A DNA stretch of 64,000 nt from an uncultured delta proteobacterium (GTDB taxonomy: Bacteria; Myxococcota; Myxococcia; Myxococcales; Anaeromyxobacteraceae), in NCBI GenBank assembly GCA_963766715.1, contig CAVYBH010000002.1, positions 64,001-128,000 of the forward strand. Direction: 5' to 3'. The notes below the pieces were generated by a model. It did not search any database and had not been told where the DNA came from. It worked only from the letters and a program-made list of their open reading frames with translations. Made by a program: the position numbers and the translations under genes. Of the stretch, positions 1 through 13,714 are shown in pieces (position 1 is the first letter of the stretch; the number at the start of each line of letters is the position of its first letter).

Positions 1-2
1 TC

Positions 3-446
3 GAGGTCTTCCTGAACGGCGACTACTCCGTGTCGATCGTCACCACCAACGTCGACCCGGCGGTCCGGGCAGGGACGCCGGCCGCGACCTCGCGGGCCTA
101 TTCGGTCGCGGCCCAGCAGATCGTCCAGAACGACCTCGTCGCGAACAACGTCAACCAGTCGATGATCGACAAGGCGCCCTTCGACGCTCCACCGACCTAC
201 TACCCGCCGGCCTACGCTCCCATCCCGACGATGGATCCGACCCGGCCGCAGATGCCCGCGGGCTGCTACGTTCCCGTCCCGCCGGCCAGCCTGAACTGCA
301 TCCAGTCCCTCTACCAGGACCCGAGCATCCAGGTTGGGGCGGTCCCGGGCGTTCCCTACGTCGCCTCGTACAACGCCGAGCTCTTCAAGCAGCTCAGCCC
401 GGCCATGGAGAGCTATCTCCGGACGAGGTATCCGCCCCCGCGCTGA
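3..446 (+). CDS. C-terminal part of a hypothetical protein (begins upstream of the window)
   Basis: Frame open from position 3 (EVFLNGDYSVSIVTTN...) to TGA 444-446 with GC3-biased codons; Pro/Tyr-rich, two Cys; no family recognised. Confidence 0.7.
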   Translation, partial: EVFLNGDYSVSIVTTNVDPAVRAGTPAATSRAYSVAAQQIVQNDLVANNVNQSMIDKAPFDAPPTYYPPAYAPIPTMDPTRPQMPAGCYVPVPPASLNCIQSLYQDPSIQVGAVPGVPYVASYNAELFKQLSPAMESYLRTRYPPPR

Positions 447-688
447 TGGGGTCGATGGGGCGACCCGGAGGCGTACCCCGGGCTCGCACCCTCCCGGTGG
501 TCGCGGGGCAGGTCGGCGGGAGAAGAAAGCCTGACGCTCCGCGTCGAGCCCGGGTGTTCCCCTATCGGTCCCCGACACGCCCGACATCCTTCCGGGACGT
601 TCGGCGTGCGGGGGGAGGGATATCGAGCTATACCCCCGCCACTACTGGGAACCTACGCGTCGCGAAGGCGCCCACATGCCAGAGTTCG

Positions 689-718
689 TTGACACTCCCC
701 GAGGGGCTCTGGTACCCG
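689..718 (+). promoter_or_regulatory. Putative sigma70 promoter for the M23-secA genes
   Basis: Perfect TTGACA at 689-694, 18-nt spacer, then a weak -10 (TGG-TACCCG). Confidence 0.4.
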
Positions 719-788
719 TTGGCCGTCCGGGTGGCAGGGGACAAGGTTTTCCGACCCGTTTCTCCGAGCGAAGCCAGACCCTCCAAGA

Positions 789-1700
789 ATGCCCACGACC
801 CCCGACAACCGCCAGTACACCCTGATCGTGGTCAGCGACCACTCGCAGGCGGTGCGGAAGTTCCGCCTGCCGCGTCGCTGGCTGAAGAAGGGCGCCATCG
901 GGGCGGCGGTGGTCCTGGTCTTCGGGCTCGTCACGGTGACCCACTACTTCACGCTCCTGTCGGCCGCCTCCGAGAACCGGGTGCTGACCGAGGAGAACGC
1001 CCAGCTCCGGTCGCAGGTGCTGCTCGTCCAGGAGAAGGTGGCCCACGTCCAGGCGACGCTCGACCGGGTCGAGCGCTTCGACGCCAAGCTCCGCAGCGCC
1101 GTCACGCACCTCCAGGACCCGGAGCGCAACCTGGCCATCGGCCCCCTGGGCGCTCCCGAGGCGGCCCCGCCGGCCCCCGCGACCGCCGCGCGCGAGAATC
1201 CGGCCGCGCTTCCCGGGCGCATCGCGTCCCTCGAGAACGAGGCCCATCGGCAGGAAGCCAGCCTCCGCGAGCTCTCCGAGTACTTCGAGGACCAGAAGTC
1301 CATGCTGGCGTCCACCCCGTCCATCTGGCCCACGCAGGGCTGGGTGACGAGCGACTTCGGCGTCCGCCTCGACCCCTACAACGCCGACCGCTCCATGCAC
1401 CAGGGGCTCGACATCTCCACGCCGCACGGACAGTCGGTCATGACCCCGTCCGACGGCACGGTCGTCTTCAACGGCACCGAGGGCGGCTACGGCAAGGTCC
1501 TCGTGATCGACCACGGCTACGGCGTGAAGACCCGCTACGGCCACCTCTCCGAGACCTTCGTCCGGCTCGGGGAGCGCGTGGCGCGCGGCCAGAAGGTGGC
1601 CGCCGTGGGCAATACCGGCCGCTCCACCGGGCCCCACCTCCACTACGAGGTGCGCGTGAACGGAATCCCCGAGAACCCCAGGAAGTTCATCCTGGAGTGA
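789..1700 (+). CDS. M23 family peptidoglycan endopeptidase with N-terminal TM helix and coiled coil
   Basis: HQGLD and [12 protein letters not shown]n motifs (HxxxD, HxH); TM helix followed by coiled coil. Confidence 0.93.
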   Translation: MPTTPDNRQYTLIVVSDHSQAVRKFRLPRRWLKKGAIGAAVVLVFGLVTVTHYFTLLSAASENRVLTEENAQLRSQVLLVQEKVAHVQATLDRVERFDAKLRSAVTHLQDPERNLAIGPLGAPEAAPPAPATAARENPAALPGRIASLENEAHRQEASLRELSEYFEDQKSMLASTPSIWPTQGWVTSDFGVRLDPYNADRSMHQGLDISTPHGQSVMTPSDGTVVFNGTEGGYGKVLVIDHGYGVKTRYGHLSETFVRLGERVARGQKVAAVGNTGRSTGPHLHYEVRVNGIPENPRKFILE

Positions 1701-1845
1701 TGGGCCCGAGGCGGGGCGTCCGTCCCGCCCATTTGCTTTTGGCTGGCGCGGTGTTAGCTCGGAGAGTAGCCTCCGCGCGCCGTCGCCGAGTGCTTCGCGC
1801 CGCGCCTGCGGACCCCCCGTCCGCCGCTCCGCCAACGAGGAAACG

Positions 1846-4669
<2,824 letters not shown>

Positions 4670-4689
4670 CGGCCCCGGGGGCGCGGGGA

Positions 4690-5244
4690 TCAGGCCCCCT
4701 CGCGCTCCGGGTGGAAGGCGAGCTCGGGCTGCGGCGGGAGGTTCAGGATCTCCTCCGGGCAGAGCTCGACCAGGAAGTCGATCAGGTCCCGGGTGGTGAT
4801 CATCCCCACCGGGACGGCCTGGTCGTCGACCACCGGCACGTGGCGGAAGCGCCCCACCGACATCTTCTGGAGCGCGTAGGCCACGCTGTCCTTGGGACGG
4901 AGCCGCTCCGGGTCCCGGCTCATCACCTTCTTCAGCGGGAGGCGCGAGAGCCCGCGGGTGGTCCCCGAGCGCAGCAGGAAGTCGCGCTCCGTGAAGATCC
5001 CGACCAGGCGCCGAGGCTTGCGGGCCTCGACCACCATCACCGCCGAGACCTTCTTCTTCGCCATCGTCTCCACGGCGCGGCCGACCGTGACCTCCGTCGA
5101 CAGGCTCACCGGCGCCGTGCGGCGCATGACCTCCGCCACCCGCGTGAGCAGCAGCATGCGCCCCACGTCGGTGTGCCGGCCGACCTCCGGCTCCTCCTCG
5201 TCGCCTTCGAGAACCTCCACATCCTCGTACTCGGTGCTGGCCAT
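4690..5244 (-). CDS. CBS-domain pair protein
   Basis: ATG 5244 after [14 protein letters not shown] and [20 protein letters not shown] motifs. Confidence 0.88.
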   Translation of the reverse strand: MASTEYEDVEVLEGDEEEPEVGRHTDVGRMLLLTRVAEVMRRTAPVSLSTEVTVGRAVETMAKKKVSAVMVVEARKPRRLVGIFTERDFLLRSGTTRGLSRLPLKKVMSRDPERLRPKDSVAYALQKMSVGRFRHVPVVDDQAVPVGMITTRDLIDFLVELCPEEILNLPPQPELAFHPEREGA

Positions 5245-5400
5245 CGTGTTCCTCCCCTGCCGCTCCAGGCGGTGGATCGATTGCCTCACCGCGGCGGGCA
5301 CGAGGCCAGATCCCATGCGGGGAGACCCCAGGGCGGTCGCCACCTCCGGGGCGCCCCGGAGAGGGCGGCGGCGGCCGGCGGAGGTGCTATGACACGGGAC

Positions 5401-6309
5401 ATGCGGGTGCCCGCGCCGTTCGACCTCGAGCGAGTGGTTCGCAGTCACGGCTGGTACGACCTCGCCCCCTGGGGCTGGGACCCGGTCCGCCGGGTCCTCT
5501 CCCGGCCGCTCCTGCTCCCGGGCGGCCGCGTGGTCCAGGCGGAGGTGGCGGAGGCCGGACCGGCCGAGCTGGCGCTTCGGGTGACCGCACGGGGCAGGGT
5601 CGGCGTCGCGGTCGCGGCCGAGGCTCGCCGCGCCATGCGGAGCGCGCTCGCCCTGGACGAGGATCTGGAGCCGTTTCGCGTCCGCGCGAGGCAGGTCGAG
5701 GGGGAGGCCGGTGCCCGCCCGGTGCAGGCCGCGCTCGACCGGGGGCTGGGGCGGCTCCTGCGCTCCCCCACCGTCTTCGAGGACGCGGTGAAGACCCTCT
5801 GCACCACCAACTGCTCCTGGGCGCTCACCCGGAGCATGGTGTCCCGCCTGGTGGAGGAACTGGGGGAGGAGGGCCCGGCGGGTCGCGCCTTTCCGTCCGC
5901 CGCGGCCATGGCGTCGCGGAGCGAGCGCTACTACCGGGAGCGGATCCGGGCCGGCTACCGCGCGCCGTACCTCCGCGCGCTGGCCCGGGCGGCGGCGTCG
6001 GGCCGGCTCGACGTCGAGGGCTGGCGGGATCCGGCCATCCCGCCGGAGGAGCTCGAGAAGCGCATCCGCGCGCTGCCGGGATTCGGGCCGTACGCCACCG
6101 AGCACCTCATGCGGCTCCTCGGGCGGCACGCGGGGCTCGCCCTCGATTCCTGGACGCGCCGGAAGATCGCGGAGGGGAGGGGGCGCCGCCGCGTCCCCGC
6201 CGACGCGACGTTCGGCAGGTGGTTCGCCCCCTGGGGCGAATGGGCGGGGCTCGCGATGTGGCTGGAGGCGACCGCCGACTGGCACGGCGACGCACCCGCC
6301 TGGCCGTGA
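5401..6309 (+). CDS. HhH-GPD DNA glycosylase (AlkA/Ogg-like)
   Basis: [26 protein letters not shown], helix-hairpin-helix LPGFGPYA, conserved Asp in ALDSW; alternative start ATG 5389. Confidence 0.8.
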   Translation: MRVPAPFDLERVVRSHGWYDLAPWGWDPVRRVLSRPLLLPGGRVVQAEVAEAGPAELALRVTARGRVGVAVAAEARRAMRSALALDEDLEPFRVRARQVEGEAGARPVQAALDRGLGRLLRSPTVFEDAVKTLCTTNCSWALTRSMVSRLVEELGEEGPAGRAFPSAAAMASRSERYYRERIRAGYRAPYLRALARAAASGRLDVEGWRDPAIPPEELEKRIRALPGFGPYATEHLMRLLGRHAGLALDSWTRRKIAEGRGRRRVPADATFGRWFAPWGEWAGLAMWLEATADWHGDAPAWP

Positions 6310-6321
6310 TAGGGAGATCGC

Positions 6322-6570
6322 ATGCGATTCGCGTTCGTGCTGCTGCGCGTGGAACCGGGCCGACTCGAGCAGGTGGCCAACGCCGTCATGGAGATCGACG
6401 GCGTCTCCGAGGTCCACTCGGTGACCGGTCCGTTCGACCTGCTGGTGAAGCTGTACGCCCCGAGCTACGACGATTTCGGCGACCTGATCCCGGACCGGCT
6501 GCAGAAGGTGCCGGGGATCCGCGACACCGAGACCCTGCTCGCCTTCCGGGCCTTCAAGGCTTCGGCCTGA
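6322..6570 (+). CDS. Stand-alone Lrp/AsnC ligand-binding domain protein
   Basis: AFVLLRVEPG...EVHSVTGPFDLLVK...IRDTETL RAM-domain pattern, no HTH; GGGAGA SD. Confidence 0.9.
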   Translation: MRFAFVLLRVEPGRLEQVANAVMEIDGVSEVHSVTGPFDLLVKLYAPSYDDFGDLIPDRLQKVPGIRDTETLLAFRAFKASA

Positions 6571-6877
6571 CGCGCCCGCGGAACCAGGCGATCGCCGACG
6601 CCACCGTGGCGATGGCCAGGACGGGCCAGACGACCAGGAGATCGACCCGGATGGGCGCGGTCACGGACCGCTCCCAGGCCCGCATCCGCAGCTCGTAGGC
6701 GGCGTAGGCCAGCCACAGGACCGCCGTTCCCGCCGGCCAGAGGAAGGCCGGTGCGTGGCGGGGGCGCGCGCGGACCGCGAAGGCCATCGCTGCGAGCGCC
6801 GCGGCCGGGAGGAGCGCGAGCCCGGGCCGGTCGTGGAGGACGCGGGCGGGCAGGAAGAGGACCTGGAGGAACTCCAC
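6554..6877 (-). CDS. Small hypothetical membrane protein
   Basis: Three hydrophobic segments, WLAYAAYE and PIRVDLL motifs; starts directly after the upstream gene's stop. Confidence 0.7.
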   Translation of the reverse strand: MEFLQVLFLPARVLHDRPGLALLPAAALAAMAFAVRARPRHAPAFLWPAGTAVLWLAYAAYELRMRAWERSVTAPIRVDLLVVWPVLAIATVASAIAWFRGRVRPKP

Positions 6878-6878
6878 G

Positions 6879-7913
6879 TCACCACTCGTGCCAGGCGTGC
6901 ACCGTCGCGACCAGGAAGGCGAGGGTGAGCGGACCCGCCACCAGCCCCACCGGGCCGAACGCGGCGAGCCCTCCGAGCAGCGCGAAGAACACCAGCCCCA
7001 GCGGGAAGGAGACGCCGCGCCGGATCAGCATCGGCTTCACGAGGTTGTCGGCCATCCCGATCACCAGCACGCCCCAGGCGAGGAGGAAGGTCCCCGAGAC
7101 GTTGTGGCCGCCCCCGAACCGGAGGATGGCCAGCGGGAGCCACACGAGCATCGTGCCCACGGCCGGGACGAAGGACGTGAAGAAGGTGAGGAGCGCGAAG
7201 AAGAGGGCGGATGGGACGCCCGCGAGGAGGTAGCCCACGAGCGCGAACACCGCCTGCACGCCCGAGGTGGCGAGGGTCGACACCACCACCGAGGTGGTGA
7301 CGGTGCGGAGGTAGCCGAAGAGCACGGCCGTCTTGCCCTCCGGCAGCGGCAGCATCTCCTTCAGCCAGTCCACCAGCTTGGGACCGTCGGCGAGCAGGAA
7401 GAAGAGGGCCACGAAGAAGAGCAGGAGCTGCGAGAGGGCCGAGCCGGTGGCCTGGAGGACGCCGCCCACCGTGGCGAAGGTCCCGCTCCCCAGCGCCGTC
7501 TCGACCACGGACTGGATCTCCTGGGCGCCGTTCGGGATCCGCTCGGCGAGGCGCTGGGCCAGGGGCTGGATCGAATCGGGAAGGCGGGCGACGAGCCCCA
7601 GGAGCCCCTCGTGGCGGACGGCGCGGGTGAGCCACCCGACGGCCTCGGCCGCCTGTCCGACCACCATGGTGGCCATGGCCGCCATCGGTCCGACGAGCGC
7701 CAGCAGGAGCCCCAGCGTGAGGATCGCCGCGGCGGATCCCCGCCGGTCGCCCAGGCGGTGGGCGAGCCGGACGGTCAGGGGAGAGATCACGGTGGCCACC
7801 ACCGCGGCCATGAAGATCACGCTGGCGAACGGGCGCACCACGAGCCACGCCAGCCAGACGGCCAGCGCGGTGAGCAGGAGCAGGAAGTGCTGGGGATCGA
7901 AGCGGAAGCGCAC
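6879..7913 (-). CDS. AI-2E family transporter (PerM/YdiK-like)
   Basis: Multiple TM helices; FFLLADG, ADNLVKPMLI, GGLAAFGPVGLVAGP motifs; GTG 7913. Confidence 0.9.
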   Translation of the reverse strand: MRFRFDPQHFLLLLTALAVWLAWLVVRPFASVIFMAAVVATVISPLTVRLAHRLGDRRGSAAAILTLGLLLALVGPMAAMATMVVGQAAEAVGWLTRAVRHEGLLGLVARLPDSIQPLAQRLAERIPNGAQEIQSVVETALGSGTFATVGGVLQATGSALSQLLLFFVALFFLLADGPKLVDWLKEMLPLPEGKTAVLFGYLRTVTTSVVVSTLATSGVQAVFALVGYLLAGVPSALFFALLTFFTSFVPAVGTMLVWLPLAILRFGGGHNVSGTFLLAWGVLVIGMADNLVKPMLIRRGVSFPLGLVFFALLGGLAAFGPVGLVAGPLTLAFLVATVHAWHEW

Positions 7914-7933
7914 GGGACCCTCCCGGGCCGGCT

Positions 7934-8644
7934 CTAGAAGTTCAGGTGGACCCGCTCCGGCGGGAACGCCGGCTTCCTTCAGCGTGCTCTTCACGTCGTT
8001 CACCATGGCGGTCATGCCGCACACGTAGGCCTCGCTCCCGGCCGGGTCGGAGCCGCCCAGCCCGAGCGCGCGGGCGACCTCCTGCACGCGACCCCGGACG
8101 CCGGGCCAGGCCTCGTCGGCGCTGGACGGGCAGAGCACGACGCGCACGCCGTGCCGCTCCCAGTCGAGGTGCTCGGCGCGGTAGGCGAAGTCGGCGCCGC
8201 GCCGCTGGCCGTAGAAGAGGGTCACGCGGCGGAAGAGATCCCGGTGCGCGATCACGTGCTGGACGAGCGCCCGGATGGGCGCGACGCCCGGAGCCGGCCG
8301 CGAAGAGCAGGAGGTCGCGCCCCTCGGCGCCCGCGAGCGGGAAGCCCTTGCCGAACGGGGCGCTCACCTCGACGGTCGAGCCGGGCTGCGCAGCCGCGAT
8401 CACCTCGTCGGCGATCTTCCCGCCGCGCTTCACGAGCAGGTCGGCCGATCCGTCCGGCGCCGGCGCGCTCGCCAGCGCGAAGTAGGCCTCGCCCGACGGG
8501 GCGCGGATCTTCACCACCTGTCCGGGAACGCCGTGGCTCGCCCGAGAGGGGGCCGAGGGCGACCCGGATGGAGCGAAAGGACGGGGTCTCATCCCCGGCG
8601 CCGAGCACCGGCACCGCCTGGTACGTCGTGGTCGAGTGGGGCAT
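7934..8644 (-). CDS. Ferredoxin-NADP reductase-like FAD/NAD(P)-binding oxidoreductase (frameshifted)
   Basis: Fragments in several frames: PGQVVKI, YFALASAP, APFGKGF, LLFAAGSG, LFYGQR, AYVCGMTAMV. Confidence 0.82.
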
Positions 8645-8654
8645 TCGCTCCAAT

Positions 8655-9868
8655 CTAGCAAGAAGGGGGTTCCCATCCCACGGCCGCCTCGGGGGGCCAG
8701 TCCCGCTCCCGGACGCAGCCTCGGCGAAGCTCGTCGAGCGGGTAGCGGGTTCCCCGCCACACGATGCCTCCGCGGGCGGTGGTGACGAGCGCGCTCGTGA
8801 GCACCACGGCGGCGAGCGCCGGGCCGGTGAAGGGCACGAGGACTCCCTCCAGGCCGCTGCCGCCCCCGAAGCGCCGGGCCACCGTCCCGACCACGCCGGC
8901 GGCGAGCGCCCAGCCGGCCAGCCCCACCAGCCGGGCCGAGGCCTCCGGAGCGAGGAGCGCGGCGAGCGGGGGGCCGAGGGAGGTGGCGAGGAGCGCCCCG
9001 GCCGCGGCGAGCGCCACGCTCCAGCGGTACTCGGCGCCGGCGAAGGCGTTCTTCACGAGCCCGAGCCAGGAGGCGGCGAAGCCGAAGTTCCACCGGACCG
9101 ACACGAGCCCCCCGGAGTCGACCGCGCCCTGGCGCACGCCGCTGCGCCGCAGGACGATGCCCAGCTTCACGTCGTCCACCGCCTCGAGCCGGAGCCTCGC
9201 ATGGCCGCCGGTCCGGAGGTACTCGGCGCGGCGGACCAGGTTGAAGGCGCCGATCCCGATGTAGGCGCGACGTCCCCGCGAGGCGAAGCTCCCAGGTGCG
9301 GAAGACCGGATTCGTGAGCGCCGCGAAGGTGGAGACGAAGGCGCGCTCCACGAAACCGGGGGCCAGGAGCCGAGGGAGCGCCACCAGGTGGCCGAGCCTT
9401 CTCGCCTCCGCGTAGGCCACCGCCCGGCGCAGCGCGCCGGGGGCGAAGACCACGTCCCCGTCGGTGAACAGGATCCACCCGTCGGGCGCGGCGCCGGCCC
9501 CGGCGGCGCAGGCGTGGTTCTTCCCGAGCCATCCCGCGGGGAGCTCGCGGAGGTGGAGCACCGAGAGGCGCGGGTCGGCGGTCGAGAGCCGGTCGAGGAT
9601 CTCGCCGGTGCCGTCGACCGAGCGATCGTCGACGGCGACCACGCGCAGCCCGGCGTAGTCCTGGGCGAGGAGCGACCGGACCGCCGCCTCGATCCCCAGG
9701 ACCTCGTCGCGGGCGGGGACCACCACCGTGAGCGCAGGCCAGCCGCCGGCCGGGGGGTCCGGCGCGCACGTCCGTCAGGCGATCGAGGCGCCGATCGGTC
9801 CGGATCCCGACCCAGGCCACGCGGAGCCAGGCCAGTGCGCCCGCCGCGGCGAGGACCAGCCAGGCCAC
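8655..9868 (-). CDS. Family 2 glycosyltransferase, HpnB/CrtQ-like (frameshifted)
   Basis: VVPARDE, VDDRSVDGT, LPAGWLGKNHAC, FTDGDV, DDVKLG, C-terminal WRGTRY. Confidence 0.87.
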
Positions 9869-9870
9869 CG

Positions 9871-10398
9871 CTAGAACGTGACCAGCGTGTCGACCTTCTG
9901 GGTGCCGAGGCGCCGGGCGCCGTGGAGGAAGGAGAGCTCGACGACGAAGGAGTACCCGACCAGCTCGGCGCCCTGCCGGAGGACGAGCTTGCCGACCGCC
10001 TCGGCGGTGCCGCCGGTGGCGAGCAGGTCGTCGACGATGAGCACCCGTTCGCCGGGCCCGACCGCGTCGATGTGGAGCTCGAGGCCGTCCTGGCCGTACT
10101 CCAGCATGTACGTCTCGCGGATGGTCTCCCAGGGCAGCTTGCCCGGCTTGCGGGCGATGGAGAGCCCGGCGCCGAGCGCGTAGGCCAGCGGCGCCGCGAA
10201 GATGAAGCCGCGCGACTCGATGCCCACCACCTGGTCGATTCCCTTCGGCTTCCACCGGGTCACCAGCTCGTCGATCACCCGCCGGTAGACCGCGCCGTCC
10301 CCGAGGACGGGCGTGATGTCCTTGAAGACGATGCCCTTCTTCGGGAAGTCGGGCACGTCGCGGATGGTGCGGCGGAGGAGGTCGGCGATCGATTCCAT
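9871..10398 (-). CDS. apt: Adenine phosphoribosyltransferase
   Basis: [39 protein letters not shown]. Confidence 0.97.
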   Translation of the reverse strand: MESIADLLRRTIRDVPDFPKKGIVFKDITPVLGDGAVYRRVIDELVTRWKPKGIDQVVGIESRGFIFAAPLAYALGAGLSIARKPGKLPWETIRETYMLEYGQDGLELHIDAVGPGERVLIVDDLLATGGTAEAVGKLVLRQGAELVGYSFVVELSFLHGARRLGTQKVDTLVTF

Positions 10399-10414
10399 GG
10401 CGGCGGACTCTACC

Positions 10415-11165
10415 TCAGGGGAGGAAGGGAATGGGGTCGCGCGGCTTCGTTCCCTCGCGGACCTCGAAGTGCAGGTGGGGACCGGTGGTGCGGCCCGACT
10501 GGCCGACCTTGGCGATGGGCGTGCCGGTGTCGACCCGGTCCCCGTCCTTCACCAGGACCGCGCTGTTGTGGGCGTAGAGGGTGATGAGCGAGTCGGCGTG
10601 GCGCAGGATCACGATCACGCCGTAGCCGGACTGGGTGCCGGTGTAGATCACCTCGCCCGGCGCGGCGGCGCGCACCAGCGTCCCTTCCGGCGCGGAGAGG
10701 TCGATGCCGTCGTGCCGCTGCCCCTGCTTCACGCCGTAGCCGCGGTAGAGGACGCCCTGGAGCGGCCAGGCCATCTTCGCGCCGGGGTTGCGGCGCGGCA
10801 AGCGGAGGCTCGGGCTCCCGGGAGGCCGCCGAGCCGGCCGGCACGGAGGCCACGTCGACCGCGCGCGGCGCGCCGGGGACGAACAGCTCCTGCCCGGGGG
10901 CCAGCGTCTTCGGGTCGGAGATGCCGTTCGCGTCCATCAGCTCGCGAGGGTCGACGCCGTACGCCTTGGCGATGCGGTAGAGGGTCTCGCCCTTCTGCAC
11001 CACGTGGGTCGTCCCGACGAGGTCCGGCTCCACGTGCGGATCGGCGCTCGAGAGCGGGAAGGGGGGCTGGCGCTGGCCCGAGACCTCGGCCGGCGTGCGC
11101 TGCCGCGCGGCACATCCGGCAAGCGTCGCCAGGGCGAGCGCCCCGGCGACGAGGCGCCGCCTCAT
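10415..11165 (-). CDS. nlpD: LysM + M23 lipoprotein, NlpD-like (frameshift near 10800)
   Basis: Lipobox LAGC, Lys[19 protein letters not shown]23 HDGIDL and GPHLHFEVR; follows surE. Confidence 0.85.
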
Positions 11166-11920
11166 GGGGCGGGCTCCTTGCGAAAGCCCGGCACGCTCCA
11201 GTCGCGCATCTCCTCCAGGAGCGTCTCGTGGGTGAGGTCGAGCTGGAGGGGGGTGATGGCCACGAGCCCCTCGTCGAAGACGGTGTTGCAGTCGGACCGG
11301 GGAACGTCGCGGTGGCTGGCGTCCCCGCCGATCCAGAAGTAGCGCTTCCCACGGGGGTCGACCTTCTCGATCACGTCGGCGCCGTAGGTCCGGTCCCCGA
11401 GCCGGGTGAAGCGATAGCCGAGCACCGGGCCGGCCGGCACGTTCACGTTGAAGAGCGTCGGGACGGGGGGCGGATCGGCGACGACGCGGCGCGCGAGCCC
11501 GGCCGCGAAGGCGGCCGCGTCCGTGAAGTCCTGCGGCGGGCGCGCAGCCAGCGAGACCGCGATCGAGTTCACCCCGAGCAGCGCCCCCTCCATGGCCGCG
11601 GCCACGGTGCCCGAGTAGAGGACGTCGTTGCCCAGGTTGGGCCCGTGGTTGACGCCGGAGAGGACGATGTCCGGGCGGCGTCCCCGCAGCACGTGGTTGA
11701 TCCCCATGTACACCGCGTCGGTGGGCGTGCCGTCGACGGAGTAGCGTCGGGGCCCGACCTCCACGAGCCGGAGCGGCCGGTGCAGCGAGATGGCGTGGCT
11801 GGAGGCCGACTGCTCCCGGTCGGGCGCGACGATCCAGACCTCGTCGTCCGGAAAGGCGGCGGCCAGCGTGGCCAGGCCGCGCGCGTCGACGCCGTCGTCG
11901 TTGGAGAGGAGGATCCGCAC
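11162..11920 (-). CDS. surE: 5'/3'-nucleotidase SurE
   Basis: RILLSNDDG, APDREQSASSH, DGTPTD, SGVNHGPNLG, YSGTVAAAMEG; GTG 11920 gives the canonical N-terminus. Confidence 0.97.
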   Translation of the reverse strand: MRILLSNDDGVDARGLATLAAAFPDDEVWIVAPDREQSASSHAISLHRPLRLVEVGPRRYSVDGTPTDAVYMGINHVLRGRRPDIVLSGVNHGPNLGNDVLYSGTVAAAMEGALLGVNSIAVSLAARPPQDFTDAAAFAAGLARRVVADPPPVPTLFNVNVPAGPVLGYRFTRLGDRTYGADVIEKVDPRGKRYFWIGGDASHRDVPRSDCNTVFDEGLVAITPLQLDLTHETLLEEMRDWSVPGFRKEPAP

Positions 11921-11974
11921 CGGGGTCAATCTAGCAGCGCGCCGGGCCGGCGGCCAAAAACGGCGCGCCGTTCG

Positions 11975-12760
11975 TCAGCGGAGCAGGACGACGAGGAGGG
12001 CGAGGGTGGCGGCGCTCCCGGCGACCGCCAGCCAGCCGACCTGCTTGAGCCGCCGGGCCGGGATGCGGAGCCCGATCACTGCGAGTGACGTGAGCGCCAT
12101 GGGCGCGACCGCGGCCGGCACCGCGGCGGGGACGAGGCGGGCGAGCGCGAGGGCCACGGCGACGGCCTGGAGCCCCACCACCTGCGCCGCCGCCCTGGGG
12201 CCAGGATCCCGGTCCGGCGCGCGGGCGCGGGCCAGCACCGTCTCGACCGCGAGGGTCGCAGCGGCGAACCCGAGGCTCCAGGCGAGCCACGCCGCGCCGG
12301 CCGCGCCCGGTCGCGCTCCGGCCGCCACCGCGACCGGCAGGCCCGCCGAGGACAGGGCGACCGCCACGGCGACCTCGCCGGCGACCGTCCGCTCCACCCC
12401 CAGCCGGACGAGGAGCGCGATGCCCGCCGCGAGGAGGGGCGGCACGGCGGACGCCCAGCGCGCGGGCGGGGACGCCAGCGCAAACCCAGCGCCCGCCAGC
12501 AGGACGGCGAGCCCCAGGATCCCGGCGGCCAGGCGTCCGGCACGCCCGCCGTGCTCCTGCTGGGCGCGCCGGCCCCTCCGCCCCACGGCGACGAGCACCG
12601 CCTCGTAGGAGAGGAAGCCAGCGAACGCGCCGGCCGCGAGCAGCCAGGCGGCCGCCCCGGGCCGCCCGAGCGAGAGGGCGCACACGAGCGGCATGGCGAT
12701 CTGGCCATACGCGCCGTGCTCGTGCGGGAGGAGCGACCGTTTCTCCGTGGGGGTCCCCAT
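11975..12760 (-). CDS. YwiC-like membrane protein
   Basis: N-terminal LPHEHGAYG motif and many TM helices. Confidence 0.75.
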   Translation of the reverse strand: MGTPTEKRSLLPHEHGAYGQIAMPLVCALSLGRPGAAAWLLAAGAFAGFLSYEAVLVAVGRRGRRAQQEHGGRAGRLAAGILGLAVLLAGAGFALASPPARWASAVPPLLAAGIALLVRLGVERTVAGEVAVAVALSSAGLPVAVAAGARPGAAGAAWLAWSLGFAAATLAVETVLARARAPDRDPGPRAAAQVVGLQAVAVALALARLVPAAVPAAVAPMALTSLAVIGLRIPARRLKQVGWLAVAGSAATLALLVVLLR

Positions 12761-12790
12761 GCCGAGCCAGGATGTAGCTATGATCGCTCC

Positions 12791-13267
12791 ATGCCGCTCG
12801 CCATCCGATCCGCTGCGTTCCCCGATCGCGGAGAGATCCCGCGCATCCACACCTGCCAGGGGCAGGATCTCTCCCCCCAGCTCGAGTTCTCCGGCGTCCC
12901 CGCGACCGCCCGCACCCTGGCCCTCGTCGTCGACGACCCCGACGCTCCCGACCCGGCGGCGCCAAAGCGGACCTACGTGCACTGGGTTCTCTACGATCTT
13001 CCGGCCGACACCTCCGGACTTCCGGCGGGCGTGTCGGTCGCGGGCCTACCTCGCGGCACACGGCAGGGCTTGAACGACTGGAAGCGGGTCGGCTACGGCG
13101 GCCCGTGCCCGCCCATCGGACGGCACCGGTATTTCTTCAAGCTCTATGCGCTCGACGCCCTCCTCGGCGACCTGGGAGCGGTCGACAAGGCGGGGCTGCT
13201 CGCGGCCATGGAAGGGCACGTGGTCGCCCGGGCCGAGCTCGTCGGAACCTACAAAAAGGACGATTGA
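12791..13267 (+). CDS. YbhB/YbcL Raf-kinase-inhibitor-like (PEBP) protein
   Basis: DDPDAP, VHWVLYDLP, GYGGPCPPIGRHRYFFKLYALD. Confidence 0.95.
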   Translation: MPLAIRSAAFPDRGEIPRIHTCQGQDLSPQLEFSGVPATARTLALVVDDPDAPDPAAPKRTYVHWVLYDLPADTSGLPAGVSVAGLPRGTRQGLNDWKRVGYGGPCPPIGRHRYFFKLYALDALLGDLGAVDKAGLLAAMEGHVVARAELVGTYKKDD

Positions 13268-13306
13268 GGGAACCCGAGCGGGCCACGAAATCGTCACGCC
13301 GTCACG

Positions 13307-13335
13307 TTGTGCGCTCCCGGAATCGGCCGTACTAT
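13307..13335 (+). promoter_or_regulatory. Putative sigma70 promoter of the STAS gene
   Basis: TTGTGC-17 nt-TACTAT. Confidence 0.5.
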
Positions 13336-13387
13336 CAGCAGAACGGTGATCGCGGGGACGCCGTTTCCAGCAAATCGGAGTCGCATC

Positions 13388-13699
13388 ATGCAGCCAGCAC
13401 AGTCGGGGTGTCTCGTCATCCGGATGGACGGGGCGTTCGACATCGATTCGGTCCAGATCATCCAGAAGCGCATCGCGGACCTGCCCGGAGGGGCGGAGGT
13501 CTACGTCGACCTGTCGCGCGTCCGCGAGTTCCACGATCGTGCGGTGGCCATGCTGGCCGACGTGCTGGCGGCGACGCGGGCCCACATCTCGGTGCGCGGG
13601 CTCCGGCAGCACCAGTACCGGATGCTCAGGTACCTGGGCGTCACGCCCAGCGCGCTCGACCCGGGGCTCTCGCGTCCGGCCGTGTCGCTGGACCGGTAG
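13388..13699 (+). CDS. STAS-domain (anti-sigma antagonist-like) protein
   Basis: VIRMDGAFD...VYVDLSRVREFHD...VRGL...MLRYLG STAS pattern; GGAG SD. Confidence 0.75.
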   Translation: MQPAQSGCLVIRMDGAFDIDSVQIIQKRIADLPGGAEVYVDLSRVREFHDRAVAMLADVLAATRAHISVRGLRQHQYRMLRYLGVTPSALDPGLSRPAVSLDR

Positions 13700-13714
13700 G
13701 TCGCGCAGGGCGAC

